Assembly (NCBI GenBank): GCA_038496445.1
Contig: JALMLS010000237.1
Span: 1 to 64,000 of the forward strand
DNA length: 64,000 nt
Origin: Trichosphaerium sp. ATCC 40318
Lineage: Eukaryota; Protista; Tubulinea
Direction: 5' to 3'
The notes beneath the pieces were generated by a model. That model saw only the letters and a program-made list of their open reading frames with translations. It had not been told where the DNA came from and searched no databases. The position numbers and the translations under genes were made by a program. This document shows, piece after piece, positions 37,015-49,963 of this stretch; the stretch's first letter is position 1, and the number at the start of each line of letters is the position of its first letter.

Positions 37015-38799
37015 ATGCGAAGTGTAGCATTCATACTGCTCTTGGTGACAATTGTAGTTGCAACTACAGACAAACCTTATGCCATACACGTTGCTCCAAC
37101 GGTAACTTTGATTATTGCTCTACGATCTTTACTAACAGTCCGAACAGGGCATCGCAACGCAAATGCGAATCGGTTGGACGACAAAAACAGAACTCAGTAC
37201 GCTCATGGGTCTCCGTGTCTCACGGACTAATAATAAGTGCAGCATCTACTGTTGAGTATGGTGTAGAACCTTCTCAGTACTCTTTCGAGGTCACTGGCGC
37301 TTCTACAGAATTTACACATGGTGAGTGTGCTTATAAGGGATCAAACGCAGTATTTAACGCGTATCTTAGGGAGATATTTCTCCCATTACCTCAATGAGGC
37401 ATTACTCGATAATCTAAAACCTGACACTCGCTATTACTATCGCGTTAAAACCAATACCACAGTACGTGGCATCCTTAGCTTAAAGTCTGATCATCTTGGT
37501 AGACACGGAGAGAGTACTCGTTTAAAACACTGCCTGTAACGTCTAGACAGATATCAGTTGCTGTTATTGCTGATTTAGGTCAAACAGTACACTCTCACAG
37601 TGTCATTGAAGGCCTCTTGGAATATAAGACAGATTTGGTATCTATTTGTTTTTGACTATTTTATTGAATCTCACATATATTTAGCTTATTATCTATGGGG
37701 ATATGTCTTACTCGGATGTACGCGTGCACGATGCTGCTCTTCATCAAAAACCTTGTTTTTTAATCATTTGAAAAAGGGAAACGAAACTCGTTGGGATACT
37801 TGGTCTAAACTTGCTGAACCTCTACGTACTGATTCCCTGACAAAACCGCATGCACTGACTTATTCGTAGTCGCTTCTAGACCAACAATATTCGCTCCAGG
37901 AAACCACGAGGAATATGACGATTTTGTGTCGTACGAACATCTTTTTTTTCTTCTTTTTTCTTTGGATTAACAAACATTTCAAAGGTATCGTAAACGTTTC
38001 CTTAACCCTTGGAGAGAAAGTGGCGGAGAAGATAACTGCTATTTCAGTTTTAATTTTGGACCACTAGTACACTTTACAGTGCTAAGTTCGGAGAGAGGCT
38101 GCCAACCTTATCACACGGGTATGCTTTTTTTTTTGAAAGTACTGTACTTTACACTTTTGTCTTGACTATAATTTAAGGCTCTGTGCAATTACGATGGCTA
38201 AATAATGATATTAAAATGAACACCGCACCTTGGTCCATATTTGGATGGCATAGACCTTGGTACAACTCCAACACACACCATCACGTGCGTATTTCCTGTT
38301 TTTTTTTCATAATCAATTTTCGACTTATTTGCGTGCGTAGGGTGAAGGTGAAAAGATGAGACGTGCTATGGAGAGTACTGTAAAGGGACATGCTGATATA
38401 TGTATATCAGGACATGTCCACGCTTATGAAAGATTTCATAGAGTACGCTACAATCAAAGAATATTTCCGCCCTATTTTTTCTATGTTCTTGTTTTTTTCG
38501 CGCTCTTTAACTGACTTCGTATATAGGTTTATGATAATAAATTAGATAATGAAGGTCCTATTTATATTACCAATGGTAACGCTGGTAATCGTGAGGGTCT
38601 TGCCAAAGGTTGGCCTTATTTGAGTGATCTGTAAGTATTAATTTTTGCAATATTGTGTTCATTGATTATTAGCTCTGCATTTCACTATGATGAAGATTGG
38701 GGTTTCACAATAATGCAAATATCTCCAACTAAACTCACATGGCAACATCGCCGAGAGTCTGATCACAGAATCATAGATTCATTCACTTTACAAAAGTAA
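37015..38799 (+). CDS. Purple acid phosphatase (secreted), multi-exon
   Basis: Signal peptide, FN3-like LKPDTRYYY, and metal-ligand motifs ADLG, GDMSY, GNHE, WHRPWY and GHVHAYER. Confidence 0.95.
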
Positions 38800-39029
38800 A
38801 CATTTTTTGCTCTAATGAGCGTAATAAAACATTATGATATTATCAATTTGGTTTGTGTCTTTACGTCGAAATTGCTATAGTAGCTAATTGTTGTGCATGA
38901 AAGCGTACTTAGCATCGTTGATAAAACTAAACGGAACAAAACCAATGAGGGAGCTAGGAGAGAAGTCTTTATTGTTGTTTTTTTAAAATAGATTTTGGCA
39001 TACTGTCTTCTTCTGATGACGAACCCTAT

Positions 39030-39742
39030 CACTTTGTAAGTCTATATTTTATTAGTACTCAATGCGTACAGAGTCATTCGTAACAATGTCATCATCTGAG
39101 TTTATCACTTCTTCTTCTGACTGAAAAGAAACAGAAGCAACCTTGCTTATGTTTGTATTATTCTTATCTTGAAAGACATCCATTACAACTGGTTTGTTAC
39201 GTTTTCTTGATTTCGTTGTCATCGTAGGATCACGTTCACTGTCTCTCAGAAGATTTAAAGCAATCTTTGATCCATTATGTGTCATGTGGTACCGAGGTGC
39301 TTTTCTAGGTTGAGGAGCTAATTTACCAACCGAGTCCTAATGATGGAAATGTTATTTCTTAAAAACTCCGCTCAACGCATAGATTACTGAGACCAACGCT
39401 GTTGAAAAGCTTACCCTCTGTTTAACATACTGTTTCCTACAATAAAAAAGATCGAGGTGAGTTTTATCACGTGACTATCGAGATAAAGTTGTAAATAAAA
39501 ACCGTACTTACCTTTGAGCTTTTACTGTATTTATCCATTCAAAAATACGCTTACATACGCCAAAAACCATTATGAGTAATGTAGCTCCTGCGAAAGCGAT
39601 AAAAATGAAATGGGCTTGTTAACAGTGTTAAAGGTTGTTTGATACTAATGGCGTTCAAACCTATGCGTTCTTCTCTTTCTCTTTCATCTCCTGTTGTGTT
39701 GGTTGAGTTGTTGGAAGTGAAATTCGACGCTGGAGCTATCAT
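39030..39742 (-). CDS. Hypothetical single-pass membrane protein, multi-exon
   Basis: Exons join to give an N-glycan-site-rich N-terminus, GATLLIMVFGVC and a basic/acidic tail; boundaries approximate. Confidence 0.4.
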
Positions 39743-39853
39743 TTAAGCAAAAAATGGTTTCACATAAGTACTTGATATCGCAGTAATAAGCAAGCACTAA
39801 ATAGAAAAGAAAATCAGCCGGTACTTTTTTTATGGACCAAAATCGTATTATTA

Positions 39854-39970
39854 TTTCCCGCCTTTGCTGTATACCAGCATACAGCCTTTGTAAATCCATT
39901 GGGCCAAACGCAGGTCACTTAATAGTACCGCTTGGTAATAAGCCACTATTTTGTGTTTCTGGGCGCGAAA
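39854..39970. promoter_or_regulatory. Two putative E2F sites in divergent promoter
   Basis: TTTCCCGC at 39854-39861 and GGGCGCGAAA (reverse complement TTTCGCGCCC) at 39961-39970, 3 nt before the ATG. Confidence 0.35.
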
Positions 39971-39973
39971 CAG

Positions 39974-42429
39974 ATGACCAGCCGAAAACGAAAGGCTGAC
40001 GTATTGAAGTCACCTGTAAAACGACTGCGACGCGATTCTGCTGCTAAAGACACCACAACAAGTTACCTTGGTTCTCCCATAGCTAGCATTAAAAGCCTAC
40101 TAGGATGGAAAGCTGACAAGGTAATTATTCTAATAATCTCTCCTACCCGTCGCCTTGTACTTTAGCTTGTTCAGTACATACAATACGACACCATGCGGCG
40201 TATTCTAACCGTTACAGCTTGCTGTTATTCTCAGCTATTTTACAGGCTATTAAATACCCCACAGTGAATTAAATTCGTACTAGGGACAAACAGACGGTAG
40301 AGACGCAAAAAGGCTAAAAGTCACACCTAATTCACCATCGTTCATTACGAGCTCCCCACATAAAAGTCGTGCAAAACAAAAGTCCAAACCTTCACGCTCA
40401 GCGAGAAATTTAACGGCAGTATTTAACCAAGTGGCTGCTAGCGAGGCTGATGAGGCAATAGGAGAGGAGAATGCGGTACGTTTTAGGCGATTTTAAACGC
40501 ATTAGTGGTCGCCTTCTGACAAAAAAAAAACCCATCAAATATTTTTATTGCGTCTATTTTACTCAATTTTTCGCTTCCCTACGCTCATAGATTGCAGTAC
40601 TATACGTTTTTATTTTTTTCCCCTGATTTGACACAAACCGCTTTATTTTTTTTTTGCTTATGATTTTGCGAGTTTAGATCTCTGACGAAGCGACTGATAC
40701 ATACTCAAGTATTATAGAAAGATTGTTTTCTCCTGTGCTAAAAGCATTTCAAGGCCCATCCGAATTATCAGGTACAATTTTTCGCGTGTACGCGCTAATG
40801 CTTACGCGGATTTTTTGTAGAGACCTCTGAAGATGATAATAATGTATTACGCTCTCTAGAGTGTAAAGAGACCCTTCTTGATGAAGGGGAAGAAGTGATC
40901 GAGCAAGAAGAGGAAGAGGAAGAAGTTGAAGAATTCGATCCGTACGTCATTTGCGAGCTTCCGTACCTGCACTGCGCATGTTTTTTTTTGAATTAAATTA
41001 GTCAGAAACGTCAAAAAAAAGCGTTTGTAAATCAGAAAGTAGCCTGAAACGAGTTACCTTGTACTAACATTACTTGTAGATGGCTGTTTATGTATTCTTT
41101 ACCAAAAAACCCTCCAAAACCGATTATTGGACCTGTTTTACCAAGGAAACGATGTAAAAAGAATACTCTAGTGTTAGATTTGGACGAAACCCTTGTACAT
41201 TGTAGTTTAGACCCAGCCCGACGAGAGGGTTGTGACTTTGTATTAGATATCTTTATAGAAGAAGAAAAGTGCAACTACACCGTACGTGTTTTAAAAATTT
41301 TAGTTTGAAGAACATAAAACCAATATTTGGTCTAAAAGACTCTCAAACTATTTCGTGATTTTTCGACCAAACCAGTTTCAAAAATCTCGCCTTTACAAAT
41401 GGATACGGCCATACAACCATGAAAACTCCGTGTCTCTTTCCGAACCGCGAAGATAAGCATGGTATGGCCCTGCCAGTACTTGGGTCCGTGAGGACCAGGG
41501 AACGTAGGGTGCTGTATTCATTTTGCTTCTTTTTTCCTTTTCGATTGTGCATGTGGACGCAGGCAGCGATATCGTCTCTTGTGTTTTTATTATGTAGTGT
41601 TAATGTTCGATTTTTTAGGTATTTTGTTATGTACGACCGCACTTGTATGAATTTTTAAATGCTGTTGCGAATAAGTTCGAAATAGTTTTATTCACAGCAT
41701 CCCAGCAGGTACGCTTTTTTTATCCAAAAAAACCTCATGAGAATCCATTAATATCCACAAAAGGGATACAAAGTTGGAGTGTCTCTTTTTCGTTCTCTGA
41801 TTATTTGTCATAAACCGACTGTTTTTTTTTATTTGTACTTACTTTTTTTAGGTCTATGCTGATGTTCTCCTTGATAAACTTGACCCAGATGGCAAATACT
41901 TTCATCATAGATTATTCAGAGACTCTTGTGTAGTATGGCAAGGTAATTGTCTGAAGGACTTGCGTGTTCTGGGTCGTGATTTGTCAAAAGTTGTAATTGT
42001 AGATAATTCACCTTATGTTTTTGGTTTTCAGGTACGCTTCTTCTCTAATCTCATTCAAGTGCTTGGTTGAGGCAAAAATGACCGCTGTGAGCCATGTTTG
42101 TATATTATAGATTGTGCAGCTCGCGCCTAGCAGTCCTTACAAACGCGAGGGTTGAATGAACTCTCAGTGCTTTTTTTTTTCTCGTGCTTCTCTTTTTGAT
42201 AAATGAAATTGTACTCATTGTTATGTTGTTTTAGGTTGATAATGGTATTCCTATCGAATCATATTTTGCAGAACCATCTGAAAAAGGAGATAATGAATTA
42301 ATGAAGCTTGTACCATTTTTAAACAAAATTCAAAAAAGTAAGGAAGTTAGAGATGATGTACGTTCTACGTTCAAGTCATCTGAACGTATTGAAGAAGCAG
42401 GTAAACGACGAGCACGTATGTCGTCATAA
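39974..42429 (+). CDS. CTD small phosphatase (FCP1/SCP HAD family, CTDSPL2-like)
   Basis: [57 protein letters not shown] and NGIPIESY motifs. Confidence 0.93.
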
Positions 42430-42579
42430 AAAACAAAGAAAAGAAGAAGAAGAAGCTTGATATCATGTCCACTACACCTTTTACCTTTTGTGTACTTGTA
42501 ATATAAAGAAGTTAACAATTTTTTTTTGGTTGTTTTTTTTAGCCGAATGTTTGCCTTGACACCTGCCAATGCCTTGATG

Positions 42580-43540
42580 CCGTGCTATTAATACAATACA
42601 ATGTTTGTAGATAGTGTCTACAGCTCATTGTGAAGTAGGTCAGCTTCTCAGCGTTTGTATTCTCCCCATTTAAGCCGCAAATTGAATGCTTGACTTTTCT
42701 TCAAGAAGACAAAAGTACTGTTCATCGATAAACAAAATCAGATTTCTCACGGGTTTACTATGTGTGATCACAAAGCCATTACAGGTATTGTGTCGTTCGT
42801 AGGAGTATGTTAACATTAATGGTATACACGGGGATCTTATCTAAAGTGGAACTGTGGTTGCAACAGATACGACTGACATACTTTCAGAAAATTATGAGCC
42901 AAAGTAAACCACAACACTAAAACATATTGAAACCTGGAGATCATTGAACCAACCGAATAAATACTTGTGAGTCTGTCGTCCTTGTACAATAATCCTAATT
43001 AGTACAAGGTCCCACTCCGACAGCGATTGTTAATACAGTTTTGTCGTATTGGTTTATAAGATGCTATATCTGTCACGCAAGTGTAGAACAGACATCAGGC
43101 GATAGATTTTTGTTGTTCGTATTTTCTTCTGTTCTAGTTCCTTTTTGACAAGTAGTTTAGCTATTGCATCATATGTATTTGAGCGAAAAAGAAACAACGC
43201 TCGTGGTAGAGACGGAAACTACCGTAAAACGTACCAGTAAGCGCTGTCTATCTCAATGCAGGTGTACTCCATCAGCATTCATAAGTTCGTTGCATTTCTT
43301 TGGTAGCCTTCCACGCTTCCCCAAGAGTACTAGAGCGTTACTCCAATCCGAGACTGCCTGTTTCATGACAGGTAACCACTTATCACCCTGCCGAAGACTA
43401 TGATGAGATGGCTTGGGCAGTATCCGCTACTGAGGCTATTTCCTATACGCCGCTTGAAGAGACAACACTTATCTGCAAAATAAACAGCTTCAGCAATTGT
43501 ACAAACGTTCATTTGGTGCGATTCTGTGATTGTTGAACGT
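42580..43540 (-). other. Possible hypothetical gene or pseudogene
   Basis: Several coding-like segments and splice-like signals, but no consistent model could be built. Confidence 0.2.
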
Positions 43541-43682
43541 GTTGTGGCGTCGTGAACAGAAGTTTCAGTTTGTTCCCGACTTTTGGTCAAAGGTAGCGAA
43601 GCATTTTATAAAAATAGGATTGTGTTCTAATTATATCTTAAGGTACCCTTAAGCCAGCCATTATTCTAACAAGTATACAAGA

Positions 43683-45254
43683 ATGAACTCAAACAGCGCT
43701 TTCTTTGATGAGATTCCAGTTGAAATCATTATTCATATTCTACAGTTTGCTTCCGTGCTATCTATTCGTTTAGTAGCGCGTACATCTAAATTACTATCCA
43801 GCGTTACCATACAACACTTGCTGTGTGATAATAGGAAAACTATACCGATAAATACAAGAAAAAAGCTTAGAACTCTATTCAAGACAGCTCCGTACCTTAT
43901 AAAGAAACATACTCTTATCCTGAAATACTCTATCAAACAAAAAGACTTAAAGTACCTACAAGGTGTTTACGGTCTTAAATTGAAGGCGGAGTTGACAAAC
44001 AAAGTTGATTTTAAACGCTTACAGGTGGTTGATTGTATTGACTTAACATGGTGTAGCAAAGTGACTAATGATCATCTTAAACAACTTGCTGGTATACATA
44101 AAATTCTATTACGTTCTTCATATGTTACAGATGAAGGTGTGATTGCATTAGCTGGTGTTCATACAATTGCTATACGTGCCGCAAAAGTTACAGATGTTGG
44201 TGTTAAAGCATTAGCACTTGCTGGAGTTCATACGATTGATATTAGCAACTGTTATTTCGTTACAGATGCTGGTGTTAAAGCACTGGCACAAGCAGGTGTT
44301 CATTCTATTTCTTTAAGGTTTTGTACTGTTACTGACAAAGGTATCAAAGCCTTGGCTGGAGTACATAAACTTAATCTCTCAGGCACAAAAGTTACAGATG
44401 ATGGTATTAAATCATTGGCTGGTGTTCATACGATTGTACTAGACAATTGTGGGTCTATAACAGACGAAGGTGTAAAAGCGTTGGCTGGGGTTCATGCCAT
44501 TGATTTACTTGGGTGTAATGTAACAGATGACAGTATTAAGGCTCTTGCTGGTGTACACACAATTTATTTACGTGCTTGTATTCAGGTTACAGGTGATGGC
44601 ATTAAAGCACTCGCTGGTGTTCACAAAATTAATCTGCGTGGTACTAAAGTTACAGATGAGGGTGTTGCAGCTTTAGCTGGTGTACATACAATTGATTTAA
44701 GTGGTTGTAGTACTATAACAGATACTGGCATTAAAACATTATGCGGTGTTCATTCCATTAATGTAAGTGGTTGCAATATTACAGACGAAGGCATTAAACC
44801 TTTAGCTGGTGTCCATACAATTAATTTAAATGGCTGCAATGTAACAGATGCTGGAATTAAAGCACTCTCTGGTGTCTATAAAATAGATATTGGTTACTGT
44901 GATCAAATTACAGATGATGGTATTAAGGCATTAGCTGGTGTTCATGAAATTGGTTTACGTTGTTGTAGAGTTACAGATGACGGGGTTAAAGCATTAGCTG
45001 GTGTTTATTCGATTGACTTAACCAATTGTACAGGGTTAACAGATGAAGGTGTTAAAGCTTTAGCCGGTGTTCATAAAATAGAACTTATAGCATGTAATCA
45101 AATTACTGATGATGGTGTGGCAGCATTGGCTGGCGTATATTCAATCAATGTACTGTATTGTGAACGTATTACCAAAAAGGGCATCAAAGCTTTAGGTGAT
45201 GCTGATATTATAGGTAGAGAAGACTCTGAAAGGATATCATTGTTAAACTCATAA
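43683..45254 (+). CDS. F-box + LRR protein (about 19 repeats)
   Basis: FDEIPVEIIIHILQF F-box; tandem LAGVHxIxLxxCxxTDxGIKA repeats; coding region has no intron. Confidence 0.9.
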   Translation: MNSNSAFFDEIPVEIIIHILQFASVLSIRLVARTSKLLSSVTIQHLLCDNRKTIPINTRKKLRTLFKTAPYLIKKHTLILKYSIKQKDLKYLQGVYGLKLKAELTNKVDFKRLQVVDCIDLTWCSKVTNDHLKQLAGIHKILLRSSYVTDEGVIALAGVHTIAIRAAKVTDVGVKALALAGVHTIDISNCYFVTDAGVKALAQAGVHSISLRFCTVTDKGIKALAGVHKLNLSGTKVTDDGIKSLAGVHTIVLDNCGSITDEGVKALAGVHAIDLLGCNVTDDSIKALAGVHTIYLRACIQVTGDGIKALAGVHKINLRGTKVTDEGVAALAGVHTIDLSGCSTITDTGIKTLCGVHSINVSGCNITDEGIKPLAGVHTINLNGCNVTDAGIKALSGVYKIDIGYCDQITDDGIKALAGVHEIGLRCCRVTDDGVKALAGVYSIDLTNCTGLTDEGVKALAGVHKIELIACNQITDDGVAALAGVYSINVLYCERITKKGIKALGDADIIGREDSERISLLNS

Positions 45255-45814
45255 TAAATAAATAAGACTGTGAACAAGAAGTTTTACTAAAAATCTCTCA
45301 TTGCACTAGAACCATTCTTTTATGGCGTTTGTGTAAAATTAGCCTTTGACATTAGGCCAGAGAAAATGTTTCTCTAGTTTAGTATTTCGTAAGAGGGGCA
45401 CGTGATTTTTTAATGAAATACTTTTTTCTGTAGCTTTTATTGTTTGAGCGATAGGTTCTGTTGGTTGCGTACTTCCTTACTTACTAGTATGGACAATGCA
45501 CTTTTCAAAACACCCTCAAACCCTTGTAGTAGCTAGTTACATGTACGAGAACGGTATAGGTGATGTTTTGGTTTGTGAAACGTTGTATTAAAATTCTGTT
45601 TTCTGCGTGCTTGTAGATTATTTGAAAAAGTGTCAGTAGGCTAGAATGTCTAACTTCGTTTCTTCTCTGACGTGTGCACCGATAAGAAACAGTTTAAAGG
45701 TCTACAAGGCAGAAAATTCAGGGAAAAGAGCCAAAACTTTCCTTGTTTGAGAGCAACGTCATCAAAAGTGCCACGCTATTTATTATATTGTAAAACAAAT
45801 ACAGATCAAGCAAC

Positions 45815-47203
45815 ATGGCTCTACAACCTACAACAGACCTCCCACCCGCTTTGCGTAAAACGCTGTCTAAAACTTCCGGTAGCGTACCGTTTAAGAGCTG
45901 GATAATGCCTACAAAGCCAGCGTTAACGCTTTATGGCAAATCAAGGTATATTTACTTAAAACTACTTGAAATAGTCATATACGCTTTAGATCTGCTGCTG
46001 GTACCATATTCTACATACCAGAGTTAAAATGGTACGAGTTAATTAGCAAGTATACTTAAAATAGATAATAACAATCAAACAGGTCTCTAGACGCTGGATT
46101 AAGTGGTAATTGAACGTTGTATTTACTTTTTGTAACGTTTAAAAGGAGTGCCATTCATTTTCCATTCGTTTGTAACTCACTGCCACATGGACCACATGTA
46201 CGGCGTATTACTGCTCATAACAACTAATGTTGACTTACTGTATAGTTTGGTACTACCTGGAGTTGCATCAGCGTTCGCTGTGTATCAGAAAAGGCCTAAA
46301 ATATACTGTCCATCAGAAAGCGTAGATTATTTACAGAAGTTCATCATGTCTGGTTTAGAGGCCAACTGGGGAACTCCCTTTGATAAAGAAAAAGGTATCT
46401 TGTGCTATCAAACACATGTGTGTACTAGATATCACGTGTCTTACACTGTTAAGGTAAATTGGGATATGACATTCTCGCAGTTAATGGTAAAGATTCCATG
46501 GATGTACCTGGATGCAAACCATGGAAGGTTGAAGTTTTCAAGTGCGTATTCATGTACCAGTGCGTTTCTAATGTGTGCGTACTGTAGATGTGATCACACA
46601 ATGCCTTGTGTTGGCTATGGATACTTTAAAGAGAAGCAAAAGCTAAAGCAAGAGTATAAAGGTCTTGACAAGAAAGAAATCATAAAACTAAGAAAAGCTG
46701 GCACAAAAATAACGTCATTAGTAAAGGTACTATTTCGTGAGCACGAACGGCTTGTATGATAGTCTAACTCAGGTTTCGTAGGATCCTGTATTTGCTTTCC
46801 TGGGAGATACAACCGCTAAGGTGTTTGAGTGGCATCCAGAGGTTCTAGAATACCCAATAGTAAGTTTCTTGTTTTTTTCGTTGTTTGTCACGTGACAATA
46901 GTAAAAAACGTGACGCGTTGATTGATTTTAAAAAGGTTATTGTGGAGTGTACTTTTATTGACAATGATCATGTTGATGCTGCAAACGAAAAGAAACATAT
47001 GCATTGGAAGTACTTGCAACCTTATGTCAAAAAGAACCCAGAAGTAATTTTTGTTTTGATTCACTTCAGGTACAAAGAAGAAGGTTCTGCCAACATTAGT
47101 ACTAACTTTTTTTTTCACAAGTCTACGCTATACAGCTGATTATATACTTTCTTTCTTTGATAAACCAGAGAACAAAGCTACAAATATAATACCGTGGGTG
47201 TAA
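45815..47203 (+). CDS. tRNase Z short form (TM-type-like metallo-beta-lactamase), multi-exon
   Basis: LDAG, THCHMDH, DHTMPCVGY, KLKQEYKGL exosite, FLGDT, VECTF, KHMH and LIHFSLRY motifs. Confidence 0.88.
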
Positions 47204-47239
47204 AATAAAAAAAAGTTGATTGTTTTGATTTTGTGAGGT

Positions 47240-48414
47240 TTATGAAAGCATAGATTCTTCCTGTACACCCATAGCAATCTTTATTCTCTCAAGATCTGCT
47301 TGATTCATTTCTTTATAAGCGCTCCAATCGGAATCAAATAAATCCTGTACATTCTCAATGCCATTATCCTGTCAACAACATTAGTATAGCTTTTACTTAC
47401 TTTTTAATTAAAAATATGTCAATGACGTCTACGCATTCCATGAGCATGTTCGTCGCAATGAGTAATACCACAAATTGAAGTGATAGTACATGAAATTGCT
47501 CAGATAGCTGTCTTGAAAGGAATGTCGAAAAATATAAAATAGTTTTGAAGTTTTTAAACTATTATCTTGCCTGGAATAGTTGTAAGTATTCTGTCAATCC
47601 GAGATTTGATAAAAAAGAGAAAATGTCAACACTGTTGATACATCGAGACGCTGAGAGAAGTTCTTTATCTTGTATTTGTGCAGTAGAAAGCTAAATACAT
47701 TTGCAATTAGAACAAAAAATAAACTCTTTATTGCTCACCGCTACTTTAATTTCTGTTGCCACTGTTGGTGACCAAGAAGCTGTTGTATAACAAGCTCCAA
47801 AACAACAACAAAGAAGGGTAAAAGGCCATAGAGGCACTAAACCTAAGTACATAGTTAAAAAAATACCAACAAGTAACTTTTTCTCAACGACACTTCTTTT
47901 TGTTTGAACGTTTGAGCGACGTACCCCACAAACAGCAATCTGTACCCAACTTTTTACAATGTTTATCCCTTCTCTAAGAGTGAATAATAAAACCAGCGTA
48001 GGTTTTTTCGAAAGAACTTTTCTCTTACCATGTCAAACCATCTTGTGTTTGCCCATCTACAAAAACAAAAGACTGCTGTGGTCTACAACATACACAAGAC
48101 CAATAACTGCCACTAACGATTCGAAATTCACGTCTATCATAAATAAAACGTATAACATGGCCACAGAGTGTAGAACCACGTGGGTTTACTGCTTCTCCGT
48201 TAATATAATAACCCTAAAAGAGCCGATTACAACAAAATAAAATGAAAAAAAAGGAAAAAAAATCAAAACAAAAGATTTTTTGTACTTGACCACACCCACG
48301 TGATATTCCTTTTATCGTGTACGATTTACCATTTATTATTGTAGTCGTACTAAAGAATACATTCTTATTCGCTCTTGGGCTTCTCTTATGCTTTCTCTTT
48401 GGCCGTGAGGACAT
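47240..48414 (-). CDS. Membrane protein with C-terminal SAM-like domain
   Basis: Basic N-terminus, hydrophobic Cys-rich segment, then VDIFSFLSNLGLTEYLQLFQ joined to DNGIENVQDL (SAM pattern) through a GC donor at 47570. Confidence 0.55.
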
Positions 48415-49058
48415 TTTTGGGCGAATGATTATGTGTTTCGATTGATCATGAGAAAACTTGGTCAACGTGTTTTAAAAGTCACATTTGACACTTCAACACG
48501 TGCCACAAAGAGTTAAGTACATACAAACACTCCTCTGTGTATTGAAATGGTGACAACAGTAACAGAAACAAAGAAAACGAAGGCACAAAGTGCGAGAAAG
48601 CCAAACAACCGATTTTAATACAATTGCAGCTGTTTTTACGCTACGTACGTTTGACTGACGCTGTTCTGGTGACTTACTCCATCGTTAATACAGAGCAATA
48701 ATTTACACCTCCAAAAAAAAAGATACGAAAAGTACACGTGTTTTTTGCAGATAAAATTCTATTTCAGAGGTTGCTTTAAACTAGTGTTGCACGTGATAAA
48801 ACATCGTTTTCACGTGTACAGAATCCCTAGTGCTCTTTGGTTGTAAACCCTCTTTAGGAAAAAGCCATGACAAGGCGCTAAGGTATTTAATACAAGAATC
48901 ACTAAATTATGGAACCGGGCTAACGTATTCCGTAGGTTATTTTTCAGATGCAGCGTATAGTCTTAAACGACAAAGCTTGGTCACAAAGGTGCTTACGCAC
49001 TGCGTCAACTGAATTCTCATTTTTTTGAGCCTGTTACCAAACTCACTCACCTCACGTA

Positions 49059-49453
49059 ATGCAGGACGCAAAAGAATTCGTATCGAAATGGCTTGAATCA
49101 TGGAATAGTCATGACATGGAAAGTATTTTAAACCATTACACTGAAGATATTGTGGTAACTACACCAATGATCAAAATAGCTACAGGTTTGACTTCTAACC
49201 ACTGCCTCAATAGCTAACTGTTGCTTTAGGTGACGAAACTGGTACACTGAAGGGTAAGAAAGCAGTTTCAGAGTACTGGGCGAAAGCGTTGAAGAAAATG
49301 CCTGACTTGAAGTTTAACCTTATTGACATCACTGTTGGTGTTGATTCTGTTGCTATATACTATCATACTGTACTTGATAAGAAATGTGTTGAGGTCATGT
49401 TTCGTAACAAGGAAGGTCTTGTTTATAGAATGTACTCACACTATACTGAATAA
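49059..49453 (+). CDS. SnoaL-like / NTF2-family protein (2 exons)
   Basis: FVSKWLESWNSHDMESILNHYTEDIVVTTP...GKKAVSEYWAKALKKMPDLKF...GVDSVAIYY; one intron at about 49186-49230. Confidence 0.85.
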
Positions 49454-49963
49454 ACAAGAGCCTGCATTGAGTAGATCAAACTCGTTGTGGCCTTGTTTTG
49501 TACCAATTATCAACGCATTGTATATTTCTTTGCACACGTATACAGGAGCACTGTTAAGTCTTAGTGGGTGCTATAGCTTAGGGGTGGACGTAAATAATGC
49601 TGTGTTGTTAGCGCTAAGGCTAGATTGTCCAGATGGTTTGTGAGCACAGTTATCCCTCTCAAGTACGCAAGGTAGCTTATGTATCCTTAGAGAGTACTTT
49701 GTAATGATAGAGTCACGTGCTTGCTACTAATCAGGATTACCTTTGAAAAGTAGCTTAACGTTAACTGTACAACAGCGCTATTTCAGGCCAACTCCGTGAA
49801 AAAAAAGTACAAGCGTTGTAGATTTAGTTGCATGACGGAGCAGTTAAAAGTATGGACAGTGATACTGTAATCATATCACTTTATTGTAAGAATAGTGAAA
49901 GGGCATATTGTAGAAGTAATTCAGGTATCTTTCCCCTTTGAGGTTTGCATGCTGTTTGAGTTG

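Noticed and set aside
6630-45200. 63-66 bp tandem repeats as a CRISPR-like or diversity-generating-retroelement array
   Set aside because: Repeats are in-frame coding LRR units with synonymous variation; no spacers or template/variable pair, and the only RT is a LINE RT.
6302-45254. Endogenous giant-virus or provirus region suggested by LRR/MORN/F-box genes
   Set aside because: Genes are scattered among intron-rich host genes; no capsid, polB, packaging ATPase, integrase or terminal repeats were seen.
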